The translations under genes and the position numbers were made by a program. Positions 52,581 through 64,000 of a stretch of 64,000 nucleotides of DNA are shown here, one piece after another (positions within the stretch are counted from its first letter, which is position 1; each line of letters opens with the position of its first letter). This stretch comes from Eledone cirrhosa (taxonomy: Eukaryota). Below the pieces are notes generated by a model, which saw nothing but the letters and a program-made list of their open reading frames with translations, was not told the origin of the DNA and did no database searches. The stretch spans positions 126,294,001 through 126,358,000 of the forward strand of contig OZ024744.1 in assembly GCA_964016885.1 (NCBI GenBank). The letters are read 5' to 3'.

Positions 52581-52807
52581 GCAGACACAGACACAGAATA
52601 TCGTATATATCACACACACACAATTAAGACTTGACGTGTTGCAGACAGCCAGACATACAGAGAGATATTTTAAAGCGTGCGACCTTAAATGCCTTACTCT
52701 TTCTCTTATCAAAAGAGAAAGAGTAATGCTAACACTTACGTCTACTTCACGCTCTCTTGAACCGTTACAGAAATTGCATCACATCTAATTATAACTTTGT
52801 ACGTTTG

Positions 52808-52843
<36 letters not shown>

Positions 52844-52846
52844 TAC

Positions 52847-52944
<98 letters not shown>

Positions 52945-52977
52945 GTGTGTGTGTGTATATATATACACACACACGTG

Positions 52978-53008
<31 letters not shown>

Positions 53009-53013
53009 GTGTG

Positions 53014-53083
<70 letters not shown>

Positions 53084-53173
53084 CACACACACGTGTGTGT
53101 GTATATATATATATACACACACACACGTGTGTGTGTATATATTTATATATATATATATACACACGTGTGTGTG

Positions 53174-53218
<45 letters not shown>

Positions 53219-53222
53219 GTGA

Positions 53223-53253
<31 letters not shown>

Positions 53254-53484
53254 CACGTGTGTGTGTGTATATATATATATATACACACACACGTGTGTAT
53301 ATATATATATATACACACACACGTGTGTGTGTATATAATAATAATAATAATAATGAAATGATTGTGTACAGTGCTCAGGTGCACTACAACTCATCAAAGG
53401 TGCATGTATAGTACATAGAATAATGTACAAACATCAGTAAAATGAACAGTGCACACATGTGTGCATGTGTATGGAAGGGGCACA

Positions 53485-56250
53485 TCAGGTGTAGTTTTGG
53501 CGTATTTCGGGAAGCATGAGTGTCTTAAAGGATGCAGTGTCTCGGCAGCTAACAATTGACGCAGGCAGTTTGTTCCATGTTTCAGCAACTCTGAGCGTGA
53601 AAAAATGTCTGCGAAAGTCATGGGAGCTGTGCTGTTTTCTTATCTTGTAGGCATGTCCACGTGTGTTAGACACATGGAGATCAAAGAGGCGCTCAGGGTT
53701 GCAGTTGGCGAGATGGTTAAAAACTTTGTGGGTATTCACCAAGTCCACTGCCAGATGTCGGAGCTTCAATGAATCCATGCCCAGGGAAGCAAGGCGTTCA
53801 GAGTATGGTAGGTGTCTGATGGAGGGTATGCGCTTGGTTGCACGTCTCTGAACAGCTTCCAGGAGGTCAATGTTCCGAGCAAGATAGGGGTTCCAGACTG
53901 ATGATGCGAATTCCAAGTGTGGTCGCACCATAGCTGTATACAGTTTTAAATAGATGGCTGGAGAGCGGCTAACAAAGGTCTTGCTGAGTGATGCCAAGAC
54001 ACCCTCGGCCTTCTTGACAATCTTAGAGACATGCTTTGTCCAACGCAAATCGTTGCCGACAGTAATGCCCAGGTCACGTTCACAAGAGGACTTTTTGATG
54101 TCAGTGTTGTGGAGGGAGTATGTGGACGCTGGATTTTTCCTTCCAAAATGCATGGTGGTACACTTGTCCACAGCCAGCTTCAGTTGCCAGTCTGTGATCC
54201 ATTGCTGCATTGTGTCCAGGTCTGATTTTAGGAAAGAGTTGTAAATTTCAGGATCAGTCCTTTTGATTTCAAGGTACAGCTTGATGTCATCTGCATATTT
54301 TAGTACCGTGGCATTCTGTAAGTTGGCATCTATGTCATTAATATATGCCACAAACAAAAGAGGACCAAGAACAGATCCCTGTGGTACACCAGATGACATC
54401 TCATATGGTGAAGAATGCTGTCCTAGAACCGTGACTACTTTCCTTCGGCTGAGAATGAAGGATTTCAGCCAGTCGAAAAGATCATCCCTCACACCCATTG
54501 CAGAGAGTTTTGCCATAAGTCTTTTGTGTGGCACAGAATTAAAAGCCTTAGCAAAGTCAAGGTAAACAACATCCACCCATGAGCCGCTGTCAGTGATCCG
54601 GGTGATGTCCTCAAGGAACTCGATAAGCTGATCACAGCAGCTGGAGTTAGGGATAAATCCAAACTGTGAGGGCCGGATGAGGCTGTGAGAGCTCCAGAAG
54701 TTCCAAAGTGTTTCTCTGACACAGGATTCCATCAGTTTGGCCATACAGCTAGTAAGACTGACTGGACGATAGTTGACAGGTGACATGCGGTTGCCCTTTT
54801 TGAACAGGGGAATGACACTGGCAGTTTTCCACTGCTCCGGAGTAGCACCATTGCTGAGACAGTATTGAAAGAAAAAAGAAAGCTGGCGCAAAAGGAAATC
54901 CCCGCCACGTTTGAGAAGCAGGTATGTCACACCATCAAGACCAGGGGAGGCATAGTTGCGCTTATTCTTAAGGTGACGTCGCAACATTGCAGGTGTAAAT
55001 TCCATAGTTGTTATGGAATTTGATGTTAGAGATGGTGGAGATGGTACATTCTGGTTTTCAACAGTAAAAATACTTGCATAGCACTCAGCAATGAGTTCTG
55101 CGCATTCCTTGGGATCGTCAGTGATCTGGCTTGTGTGGGGATTGCGAAGAGGACCAACTGGAGAGTGAGGTCTCTGCTTTGAATGAACATATTTCCAGAA
55201 CACCTTACTGTCAGGATTGGTTGCGATGCACTGTTCAAATTCAAGCACTGCCTTCTTTGTCACTTGCTTGAGATGGTTAGAAGATTTATTCCGCTTTTTT
55301 CTGTTGGCATCTGATCTATGCAGTTTATATTCCCGTTCAGCGTTCCGACGTTCTTTCCTGGCAAGTCGGACTGCTGAAGTTTCCCAGATTGCACTTTTGG
55401 GGTGGTTATTTTTCCGCTTCCGTGGCACTGATGCTGCACACGCTATCCATATTGAGTCCAGGATGCTCTGGAGTATAGAGTTCACATCTCCAGAGTTATA
55501 CATCTCATGCCAGTTTGGGCGCTGTAGCTCAGTGCAGTACAAGTTCCAATCCGCCCTCTTCCAATCAAAGCAAGCAGATTGGAGATGGCTCTGGTTTTTG
55601 TTGCTGCCCTCAAGTGCCAGATTGGCAATGATCATAGCATGATCAGAGTCGCCTAGAGGTTCCTCAGTAGTACAACTGATAACCACTTCAGGAGTAGTGG
55701 TGAAGATCAGGTCCAAAGTGTTGTCACCTCTTGTTGGAGAGGTGACTACTTGTGACCAGTTTGAGTCCAGCACTAGTTCAAGGAAATCGTTTGCACCCTG
55801 TGGCCAACGAAAGGTTTCCCAATCGATCTCAGGATGATTGAAGTCACCTGCAATAAACACATAAGTGGCTGTTTTCTTGGCAGCAACTCTGAGGATATCG
55901 CAAAGCTGTGTGTCCTGATGGTAGTTTGGGGGGCGATAAACAACACCAAGCAGAAGTGTTGACATGGTCATACGTATGTCACAGAAAAAAACTTCTTCCT
56001 GTGATTCGTTCAAATCAACGCAAGGAATTACCGAAAAGTTTGAACGAACGTAGACCATCACACCACCACCACGGCGGTTAATGCGGTCCTTGCGGAAAAG
56101 GTTGTACCCAGTAATGGTGAAAACCCCATCACAGAGTAAGGAATGTGCCCATGTTTCCGTGACTGTGATGAAGTCAGGGTCGATGCTTCTGACGTAGGAT
56201 TCGAACAGATGTATCTTGTTGCATAAACTGCGAGCATTTAAGGACAACAA
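53485..56250 (-). CDS. CR1-clade LINE ORF2: APE endonuclease + reverse transcriptase (921 aa, uninterrupted, no ATG start)
   Basis: NARSL, VTETW, GDFN, LDL, SDH (APE); PGLDG, YRPVSL, QFGF, LDFAKAF, GVPQGSVLGP, YADD (RT); TRGH..K...FFTLRV..WN.LP (CR1 C-terminal signature). Confidence 0.95.
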   Translation of the reverse strand: MLSLNARSLCNKIHLFESYVRSIDPDFITVTETWAHSLLCDGVFTITGYNLFRKDRINRRGGGVMVYVRSNFSVIPCVDLNESQEEVFFCDIRMTMSTLLLGVVYRPPNYHQDTQLCDILRVAAKKTATYVFIAGDFNHPEIDWETFRWPQGANDFLELVLDSNWSQVVTSPTRGDNTLDLIFTTTPEVVISCTTEEPLGDSDHAMIIANLALEGSNKNQSHLQSACFDWKRADWNLYCTELQRPNWHEMYNSGDVNSILQSILDSIWIACAASVPRKRKNNHPKSAIWETSAVRLARKERRNAEREYKLHRSDANRKKRNKSSNHLKQVTKKAVLEFEQCIATNPDSKVFWKYVHSKQRPHSPVGPLRNPHTSQITDDPKECAELIAECYASIFTVENQNVPSPPSLTSNSITTMEFTPAMLRRHLKNKRNYASPGLDGVTYLLLKRGGDFLLRQLSFFFQYCLSNGATPEQWKTASVIPLFKKGNRMSPVNYRPVSLTSCMAKLMESCVRETLWNFWSSHSLIRPSQFGFIPNSSCCDQLIEFLEDITRITDSGSWVDVVYLDFAKAFNSVPHKRLMAKLSAMGVRDDLFDWLKSFILSRRKVVTVLGQHSSPYEMSSGVPQGSVLGPLLFVAYINDIDANLQNATVLKYADDIKLYLEIKRTDPEIYNSFLKSDLDTMQQWITDWQLKLAVDKCTTMHFGRKNPASTYSLHNTDIKKSSCERDLGITVGNDLRWTKHVSKIVKKAEGVLASLSKTFVSRSPAIYLKLYTAMVRPHLEFASSVWNPYLARNIDLLEAVQRRATKRIPSIRHLPYSERLASLGMDSLKLRHLAVDLVNTHKVFNHLANCNPERLFDLHVSNTRGHAYKIRKQHSSHDFRRHFFTLRVAETWNKLPASIVSCRDTASFKTLMLPEIRQNYT

Positions 56251-56306
56251 TTTGTACCCTGCTCGCAGTCTATGATGGTGTGTAGAGGGTGGCAGGTTGT
56301 TCTGGT

Positions 56307-56461
56307 TTAGTTTCCCAGAGTTGTAGCAGTTTTTACATTGCCAGTTATTGTGGGTAGATCACACTCAGACCAGCTGGTATCTCTCTTCCACGTTTCACCC
56401 GCCTTGACAAACCTCCAGATCTGCCCATCATCACGCAGACTGAAACTTTCATCTTGTGCTG
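56307..56461 (-). pseudogene. C-terminal remnant of CR1 ORF1 (5'-truncated)
   Basis: Open frame AQDESFSLRDDGQIWRF...TATTLGN* from the microsatellite junction, overlapping the ORF2 frame. Confidence 0.6.
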
Positions 56462-56524
56462 TATATATATATATATACACACGTGTGTGTGTATTTATGT
56501 ATATATATATATATACACACACAC

Positions 56525-56566
<42 letters not shown>

Positions 56567-56683
56567 GTGTGTGTGTGTATATATATTTATATATATATAC
56601 ACACACGTGTGTGTGTATATATATATATATATATACACGTGTGTGTGTATTTATATATATATATATATACACACACACGTGTG

Positions 56684-56714
<31 letters not shown>

Positions 56715-57102
56715 GTGTGTGTATATATATATATCTGTCTCTCTCCCTGTCTCTCACTCTCCCTCTATCCCCCCTCTCTCTCTCTGTCTCTCTCTCCCCC
56801 CCCCTCTCTCTCTCTAGTAGTAGAGAGAGACAAAGAGAGAGAGATATAAACGTATAACCCTAACCAAACCCTAACCCAACCCTAACCCCAACCCTAACCC
56901 TAACCTAACCCTAACCCATCTCTCTCTCTCTCTCACCCCCTCTCTCTCTCTCTAGTAGTAGAGAGAGAGACAAAGAGAGAGAGAGATATAAACGTATAAC
57001 CCTAACCCAACCCTAACCTCTCTCTCTCTTCTCTCTCTCTCTCTCCCCTCTCTCTCTCTATTCCCCCCTCTCTATTTCCCCCCCCCCTCTCTCTCTAGTA
57101 GT

Positions 57103-57133
<31 letters not shown>

Positions 57134-58794
57134 TATAAACGTATAACCCTAACCCAACCCTAACCCTAACCCAACCCCAACCCTAACCCATCTCTCTCTC
57201 TCTCTCTCTCTCTCTCTTTGTTTTTAACATTGTTTTGTTTTTCTTTTCTTTTCTTATTCAGATGACAAACGGCAGAGGATACAACAGAAGAAAAGAACAA
57301 AGATAATTATTATTATTATTACTATTATTATTTGTTTTATTATAATCAAAATATGCTGTTAGTTAGATCTGCATTGCGTACATTTTATATAATTTATGCC
57401 AGTTCCTTTTCTGCATATCGAACATGGCCATTTCCCTGACGGAATAGAGTTTTGTCCTCTTTCGTGACACAAAGTACAGCCAGCGGCATCATTGCGGACA
57501 GACTTAATCCCGAATTGCACTGACACACTGCCTCGCAATACGGAACACCGCACGTCTTTGATCTTCTTCCCGTCGATCAGCCTCCTTGCCATGCTAAGTA
57601 AACCTGACGTCTAGCTTCTCTCTTAGCGGCGGCTTTATATTCTTCTCTACTCCCACTAATTTTCCAAGCATTCCATGCTAGCCTTTAGTCTCCAATGGCC
57701 CGATCTACCGTGCTGTCCCACCACCATGTCACTCTCTGTCTGGTTGGAACTCTGATCCAGCCACAAGTTTAATCAGTAGCCTGCAATAAGTTGTCACATA
57801 AGAAAATCGAGTTCTCATGTATGTCATACGACTGTGAATCGTCTTCTTTTTCGTCATACACATATTGAAGGGCTTTCCTAAATTTCTATTTTAGTGAAAT
57901 CTCTTTTAGCTTCCAGACCTTTCTTTTTTCCACATCTTCCTGTATGTCTCAATCATACCTGGAGCTGTCCAACATGACCATTGAAATCCCCTGCTAGCAT
58001 AACGATGTCTCCGTCCTGTCATTGTGGCTGTTTGTAAAAATTGCTTGTAAATGAAGTCTTTCTTTTCTTTACCTAGCAGAAGCAATTAACACTAACCCAA
58101 CTGTAACACTAACCCTAACACTAACTTATGCAGGCCTAGGTAAAGACAAGAAAGATAAAACAAGGAGTGATGCTTCTTGAATTTTGTGATGCAAGTGTTT
58201 TAACCATTTGCAAAACCAACTTCCACAAACCTGCCTCACTGCCGCCTAATAACCTACAAATCAGGCAAGCACAGAAGCCGGATTTCTCGGTAGTTAGGCA
58301 GCGAGACAGACAGATGGGGTGTGAAGTACCAGGGTGTGCCCCGGGGAGGAATGTTTCCCACAGCGTGGGTTGGTTGTTGGTGATGTCTCGGTTATCTTGA
58401 GACGGAGTGAGACGTGCAGGAATACTCTCACGGAATCGCCAAATGAGGTTTATTTTTCAACATAGTCCCTGGAATGAAACAATGTGGTTATTAAGAAGAA
58501 TTGAAATTAATGTAAGATTTCACAGATCTATGATCAATCCTTCACAGTCAGCTTACAAAGTTTTCAGCCAAACCTTGTGTATTTCCAACATTTCAAACCC
58601 TATCTAGGACTACATTATCTAATGTACAGTACAGTAGTTAGTATTAGTGGCTATCAGACATAGTGTATCTAAATGCAACATTTTTAACATTGTTTTTTTT
58701 TTCTTTTCTTTTCTTTTCTTATTCAGATGACAGACGGCAGAGGATACAATAGAAGAAAAGAACAATGATAATTATTATTATTATTATTGTTGTT

Positions 58795-59191
58795 ATTCCT
58801 TGAATCTCAGTCATTGATGTTGGTTAACTGGAAAGTCCGTTGGAATGAATATCAAGCCACTACCTGCAGCCTCAGATATTCAGGACGTATCGGAGGGTTC
58901 TTGCTGTTCCAAGCAAGCATGCCTTTTGAAGCGTTCCAAAAAGCGTGAAGGGGCCGATTTTCTTTAACCATCCCTGGAAACTTTTGGAGATGGACAAAAA
59001 ACTGGAACACAATAGACCTGACCTGGTGGTTGTGGACAAAGAAAAAAGATCGTGTCTGATTGTGGATGTGGCCTGCCCGTTCAACACGAGAGTGCAAGAG
59101 AAGGAGAGGGAGAAAATTAACCGATACCAGGACCTAAAGTGGGAGGTGAAAAGGATTTGGAACTGCCATGAAGTCAAAGTGATCCCGATTG

Positions 59192-59193
<2 letters not shown>
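58795..59193 (-). mobile_element. RLE-type non-LTR fragment with 5' inversion, copy B
   Basis: Copy of 23385-23783 (offset 35410). Confidence 0.8.
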
Positions 59194-59232
<39 letters not shown>

Positions 59233-59819
59233 TATTATTTGTTTTATTATAATCAAAATATGCTGTTAGTTAGATCTGCATTGTGTACATTTTATATAAT
59301 TTATGCCAGTTCCTTTTCTACATATCGAACATGGCCATTTCCCTGACGGAATAGAGTTTTGTCCTCTTTTCTACTCATCAACACTCATTCGTGACACAAA
59401 GTACAGCCAGCGGCATCATTGCGGACAGACTTAATCCTGATTTGCACTGACACACTGCCTCGCAATACGGAACACCGCACGTCTTTGATCTTCTTCCCGT
59501 CGATCAGCCTCCTTGCCATGCAAAGTACACCTGACGTCTAGCTTCTCTCTTAGCGGCGGCGGCTGTATATTCTTCTCTACTCCCACTAATTTTCCAAGCA
59601 TTCCATGCTAGTCTTTAGTCTCCAATGGCCCGATCTACAGTTTCTGTCTCAACTCGTCTATGCTTGGTCGTTCCCGCACATTGACATTGCACATCCAACG
59701 GAGCATGCTTGCTTCATTTCTCTCCAGCCGTCGCATGTCCTCTGCAGTTGCTGCCCGTGTCTCACTACCATGCAGCATCGCGCATCTAAACCTGGCCCTT
59801 ACCCTAACCCCAACCTCTT

Positions 59820-60668
59820 TGGTTTTCGTTTTCTCGACGGCTAGCCGCATTTCGTGATCCGCCTTTCGATTGCGCTTCCGTCGCGGCAAAAGAATTGCCT
59901 TTCCAGACCGCCGTCGCCCGACCGGACCCATGATAGAAGACGTTCGTTACCGTTGGAGCAACGCAAATTACTCCTCGGTTGACGCCAAAAACGAACGCCT
60001 TCCCGCCTCGCGCCGCCTTCTCCTCGCCGACCCTCGGCCTCGACGATTAGCCACTTTCCGTCACAGCAGTAGATACGCGTCCGTCGTAATAGCCGTCATT
60101 TTAACGCAGGAGAAACGCCTAATTGCCCTGCACCGCGTTTGACGGCGATCTACGACGGCGACGATGCGCGCACTCTTCCTTGCTGCGACGAAGGTTTCGG
60201 CTTTTCGTCGTGGACCCGGTCAGGTCATGCCGCTGACCTCGCGTTACGGCGACGCGAGAAGACGTTCGTTACCGCTGGAGCAACGCAAATTACTCCTCGG
60301 TTGACGCCAAAAACGAACGCCTCGCGCCGCCGCTTCCTCCTCGGCCTCGACGATTAGCCGCTTTCCGTCACAGCAGTAGATACGCGTCCGTCGTAATAGC
60401 CGTCATTTTAACGCAGGAGAAACGCCTTGACGACGATATACGACGGGTCGACGACGCGCGCACTCTTTCTGCTGCGACGAAGGTTTTGGCTTTTCGTTGT
60501 GGACCCGGTCGGGTCATGCCTCTGACCTCGCGTTGCGTCGCCACCGCCGCGGCGGGCTTGGGTTTAGCCGTAGCTACCCTCGTTTTGCCAACGGCGACGC
60601 GAGAAGACGTTCGTTACCGCTGGAGCAACGCAAATTACTCCTCGGATGAGGCCAAAAACGAACGCTGA
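59820..60668 (+). repeat. Orphan ETS-like GC-rich repeat block, copy B
   Basis: Copy of 24410-25258. Confidence 0.85.
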
Positions 60669-60744
60669 AGAGATATTGTCCATGGATATCGGGAATTTTA
60701 CCCGCCCTAGATAGATAGATAGATAGGGATGTATGTATGTATGT

Positions 60745-60784
<40 letters not shown>

Positions 60785-61163
60785 GTATGTATCTTTCTCA
60801 TTCTCTCTGTATGTATGTATGTATGTATATATATATAATTATATATTTATAGACATCCTGAAAGCTTTTTAAATGTCTGAGAGATTGGCTAAATATGTTT
60901 TGCAGGTATGACCAGTAAGAGAGAGGTAAGTTATTTCAAAACAATTCTTTGACCATTATTTTAAGGTACTATCTCAGTGTATTTTTAAATTGACCTCTTG
61001 ATAGGATGAAATGACCTGTATAATTTTTTTCATATTTAGATGGAATAGAAGAAAAACAAGAAAAATGAAATGAATTCAAACAGAAAATATACACCAATGC
61101 CAATGGAGGTATGATTTCAGTTTAATCTTAACCTAATGACCACTTTACAGAGTGTACTGGATA

Positions 61164-61232
<69 letters not shown>

Positions 61233-61681
61233 AGGAAGCTCCAACCGTTAAGGTTGTCTTTCCATTTATTAATATATTGTGTATTTACTCCACTAAACTG
61301 TTGAGTGCTTTATATCAGTTATAAAAAAATTTCAGCTTGTTGAATCCCAAAATAGTTGTTGAAACAGCCACAGCTCAGCCGTCGGGGTCCTGAATATTTA
61401 TCATATATATATACGTATGAGTGTGTGTGTTTTGAGAATTAATAATTATATAAACAAGTTTGTAATGAACAATTTATTTCTTATCAAAACTGTATAAACA
61501 TGATATTATTTACAGTAAGAATAACAATAATAATGATGGTTTCTAGTAAAGGTGGAAGGCCAGTAATTTGGGGGAGGGGAAAGTTGATTAAATCGAAGAG
61601 AGAAAGAAAGAAAAAACAGAACGGGAAGGAGAGGGGATGGCAAGAGGTCCGGTGTCGCAGGAGAGAGGGGAGGGTGGTTGA

Positions 61682-62177
61682 GCTTTGAGTCTAGGGCAAG
61701 AGGGCAGAAATGCTGCGCCCCACGGATAAGACGGCAAAAATATTCTCGCGGACGATGGCCAGAGATACCCAATGCAACAACCACCCAACCTCGCGGTGTT
61801 CCCTCCTCAGATGGGCTGCTGACTCTCCGATCTTTTGGAGGAGCTCGGCAGTACAAGGTCCAAGTACTCCTGGGGTCTCGACGTTGACTGGTGCAGAGAG
61901 GAAGTGGCCGGACAATCCTCGGTATTTGTTTATTTTACGTTCTTCTGCGAGGTGGGCTGCGATGCCGGGGTTTGTGACCGAAACGACTTGGAAACGAAGT
62001 TGTAGGCGGAGATTGTGTCGTAGCTGGTGGTGTCCCAGATGAGGGACCTACGTCCTTCGAATGGGAAGAGAGTGATTCCGTCGGGGCGCTTGCCATCTCC
62101 GGGACCTGTTGGCCCCAGTTGTGATGGGAAGCCAGCTGCGTCCAGGCTTCTTCTCAATATGTCGTTGACAACGACGT
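61682..62177 (-). mobile_element. CRE-like RLE-domain fragment, copy B
   Basis: Copy of 26290-26785 (offset 35392). Confidence 0.72.
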
Positions 62178-62722
62178 GTATCTATTCAATAATTATTTGA
62201 ATATTGAAATTTTAGGTTTAACTACCTTTTAAACCAAATACATTAAGAAAGGCATGACCAACACCACATCATTTTTATTTCTATTTTGAAAGTAGGTTTA
62301 TAAGTATTAAATTTCAGTAGATTCTTATATCCTTCATGGTGGTCTGGTGGGAGATACGAGAGATGGTGGAGGTTCTGGTCTGGGGTTCAATCCTGCTCAG
62401 GAGATACTCTAAGGGGGTTCATACTAAACTTCTTCAGTGTTTCTTATCTCTAGAGACAAATATATATACATAAGGTAATCTGGTAAAGTTGTTAGAACAT
62501 CACATAGAATTCTTTGTAGTATTTTTTCCAGTTCTTCAATCTGAGTTCAACTTTACTTTTCTTCCATTCGGGGTTGATAATAACGTACCAGTCAAATACT
62601 AGGGGTTAATTCTTCCTCTATATCTCTTTCTCACTCTCTGTCTGTTTTATTAAGACCTGGAGAGGTGATGTACTCTACCAGGTTTTATAATGAGTGATGG
62701 GGTCATACCTGCCTGCTACACC

Positions 62723-63822
62723 TCTGTGTACTAAGTGTAGCATATTATATCCTTGTTCAGGGCCTTCCTGACATTACTGTGTACTAAGGGTAGCATTTTA
62801 TATCCTTGTTCAGGGCCATCTTAACATTGCTGTGTACTAAGTGTAGCATATTATATCCTTGTTCGGGGCCTTCCTGACATTAGTGTGTACTGAGTGTAGA
62901 TTTTAACATCCTTGTTCTGGGCCTTCCTAACATTACTGTGTACTGAGTGTAGATTTTAACATCTTTGTTCAGAGCCTTCCTTACATTACTGTGTACTAAG
63001 TGTAGCATTTCATATACTTGTTCTGGGCCTTCCTAACGTTACTGTGGAAATAGTAGTTTATATCCAATATGTAATATAGATATGGATTCTACAGGACTAA
63101 AACTCATTAATATGAGGGGTATTAGTAGATTATATGCCATATTTAATAGAGAAATGGCTTCTACAAGACTAAAACTCATTAATATGAGGGGTATTACAGT
63201 TTATATGCCATATTTAATACAGAAATGGCTTCTAAAGGACTAGAACTCTTTAAATTGAATAAAATAGTAGTATATATCCTATGTTTAATACAGAAATGCC
63301 TTCTAAAGGACTCATTAATATGAGGGTATTAGTAGATTATATAACATATTTAATACAGAAATGGCTTTTAAATTCAGGGACTCGTTAATTTGATGGAAAT
63401 AGTAGTGTCTATGCAATATTTAATACAGAAATAGCTTCTACAGGACTAAAACTAATTAATATGAGGGGTATTAGTAGTATATGTGCCATATTTAATACAG
63501 AGATGGCTTCTAAATGGAGGTATCTCATTAATTCGATTGAAATGGTAGTGTATATGCAATATTTAATACAGAAATAGCTTCTACAAGAATAAAACTCATT
63601 AATATGAAGGTTATTATTACATTATATGCCATATTTAATACAGAAATCGGTTCTAAAGGACTAGAACTCTTTAATTCAAATCAAATAGTAGTATAAAGCA
63701 ATATTTACTACAGAAATGGCTTCTACAAGACTAAAAATCCTTAATATGAGGGGTATTGTTAGATTATATACCATATTTAATACAGAAATGGCTTCTAAAT
63801 GAAGAAATCTCTTTAATTCGAT
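62723..63822. repeat. 53-bp and ~71-bp minisatellites, copy B
   Basis: Copy of 27331-28430. Confidence 0.9.
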
Positions 63823-64000
63823 AGTAATAGTAATAATAATAATAGTAATAGTAATAATACAGCCAATTTTCCACGCAATACTTTTAGTTAGCACCCCGAA
63901 CGCATAATTGGGAATATAATCACTTATTTCCTAATGTTTGTTGAGTGAGTTGGGAAAAAAAACTTGGGAAATATATTTTCAGGGTCTCAAAATCTTAAAG

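Overview
This is eukaryotic, repeat-dense DNA. The (TA)n/(CA)n load and the SINE/RTE/CR1 content suggest an octopus or other coleoid cephalopod (inference). No host protein-coding gene is supported. The window holds about 1.8 copies of a near-identical tandem macro-repeat of roughly 32-37 kb (offsets 32377, 37093, 35406 and 35392 at different points). Each unit carries a collapsed 'pseudo-rDNA' cassette: (CCCTAA)n, GC-rich ETS-like repeats, the 5' ~185 nt of 18S, a ~2.9-kb variable tandem array, then the 3' end of 28S including a mutated sarcin-ricin loop. The array monomer is a non-collinear patchwork of conserved 18S and 28S motifs joined at microhomologies. The (CCCTAA)n tract and 18S 5' part are visible only for the second unit. 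After the cassette come an orphan histone-type stem-loop, a G-rich telomere-like tract and a 1584-bp array of long palindromes ending in a Helitron 3' terminus. The rest is a spacer of LINE, SINE and MITE debris and minisatellites. The spacer includes a 5'-truncated CR1-clade LINE whose ORF2 is intact in copy B and frameshifted in copy A, with a G_GGA_AAC slippery site linking ORF1 to the ATG-less ORF2. Family assignments come from recalled motifs, not database searches.
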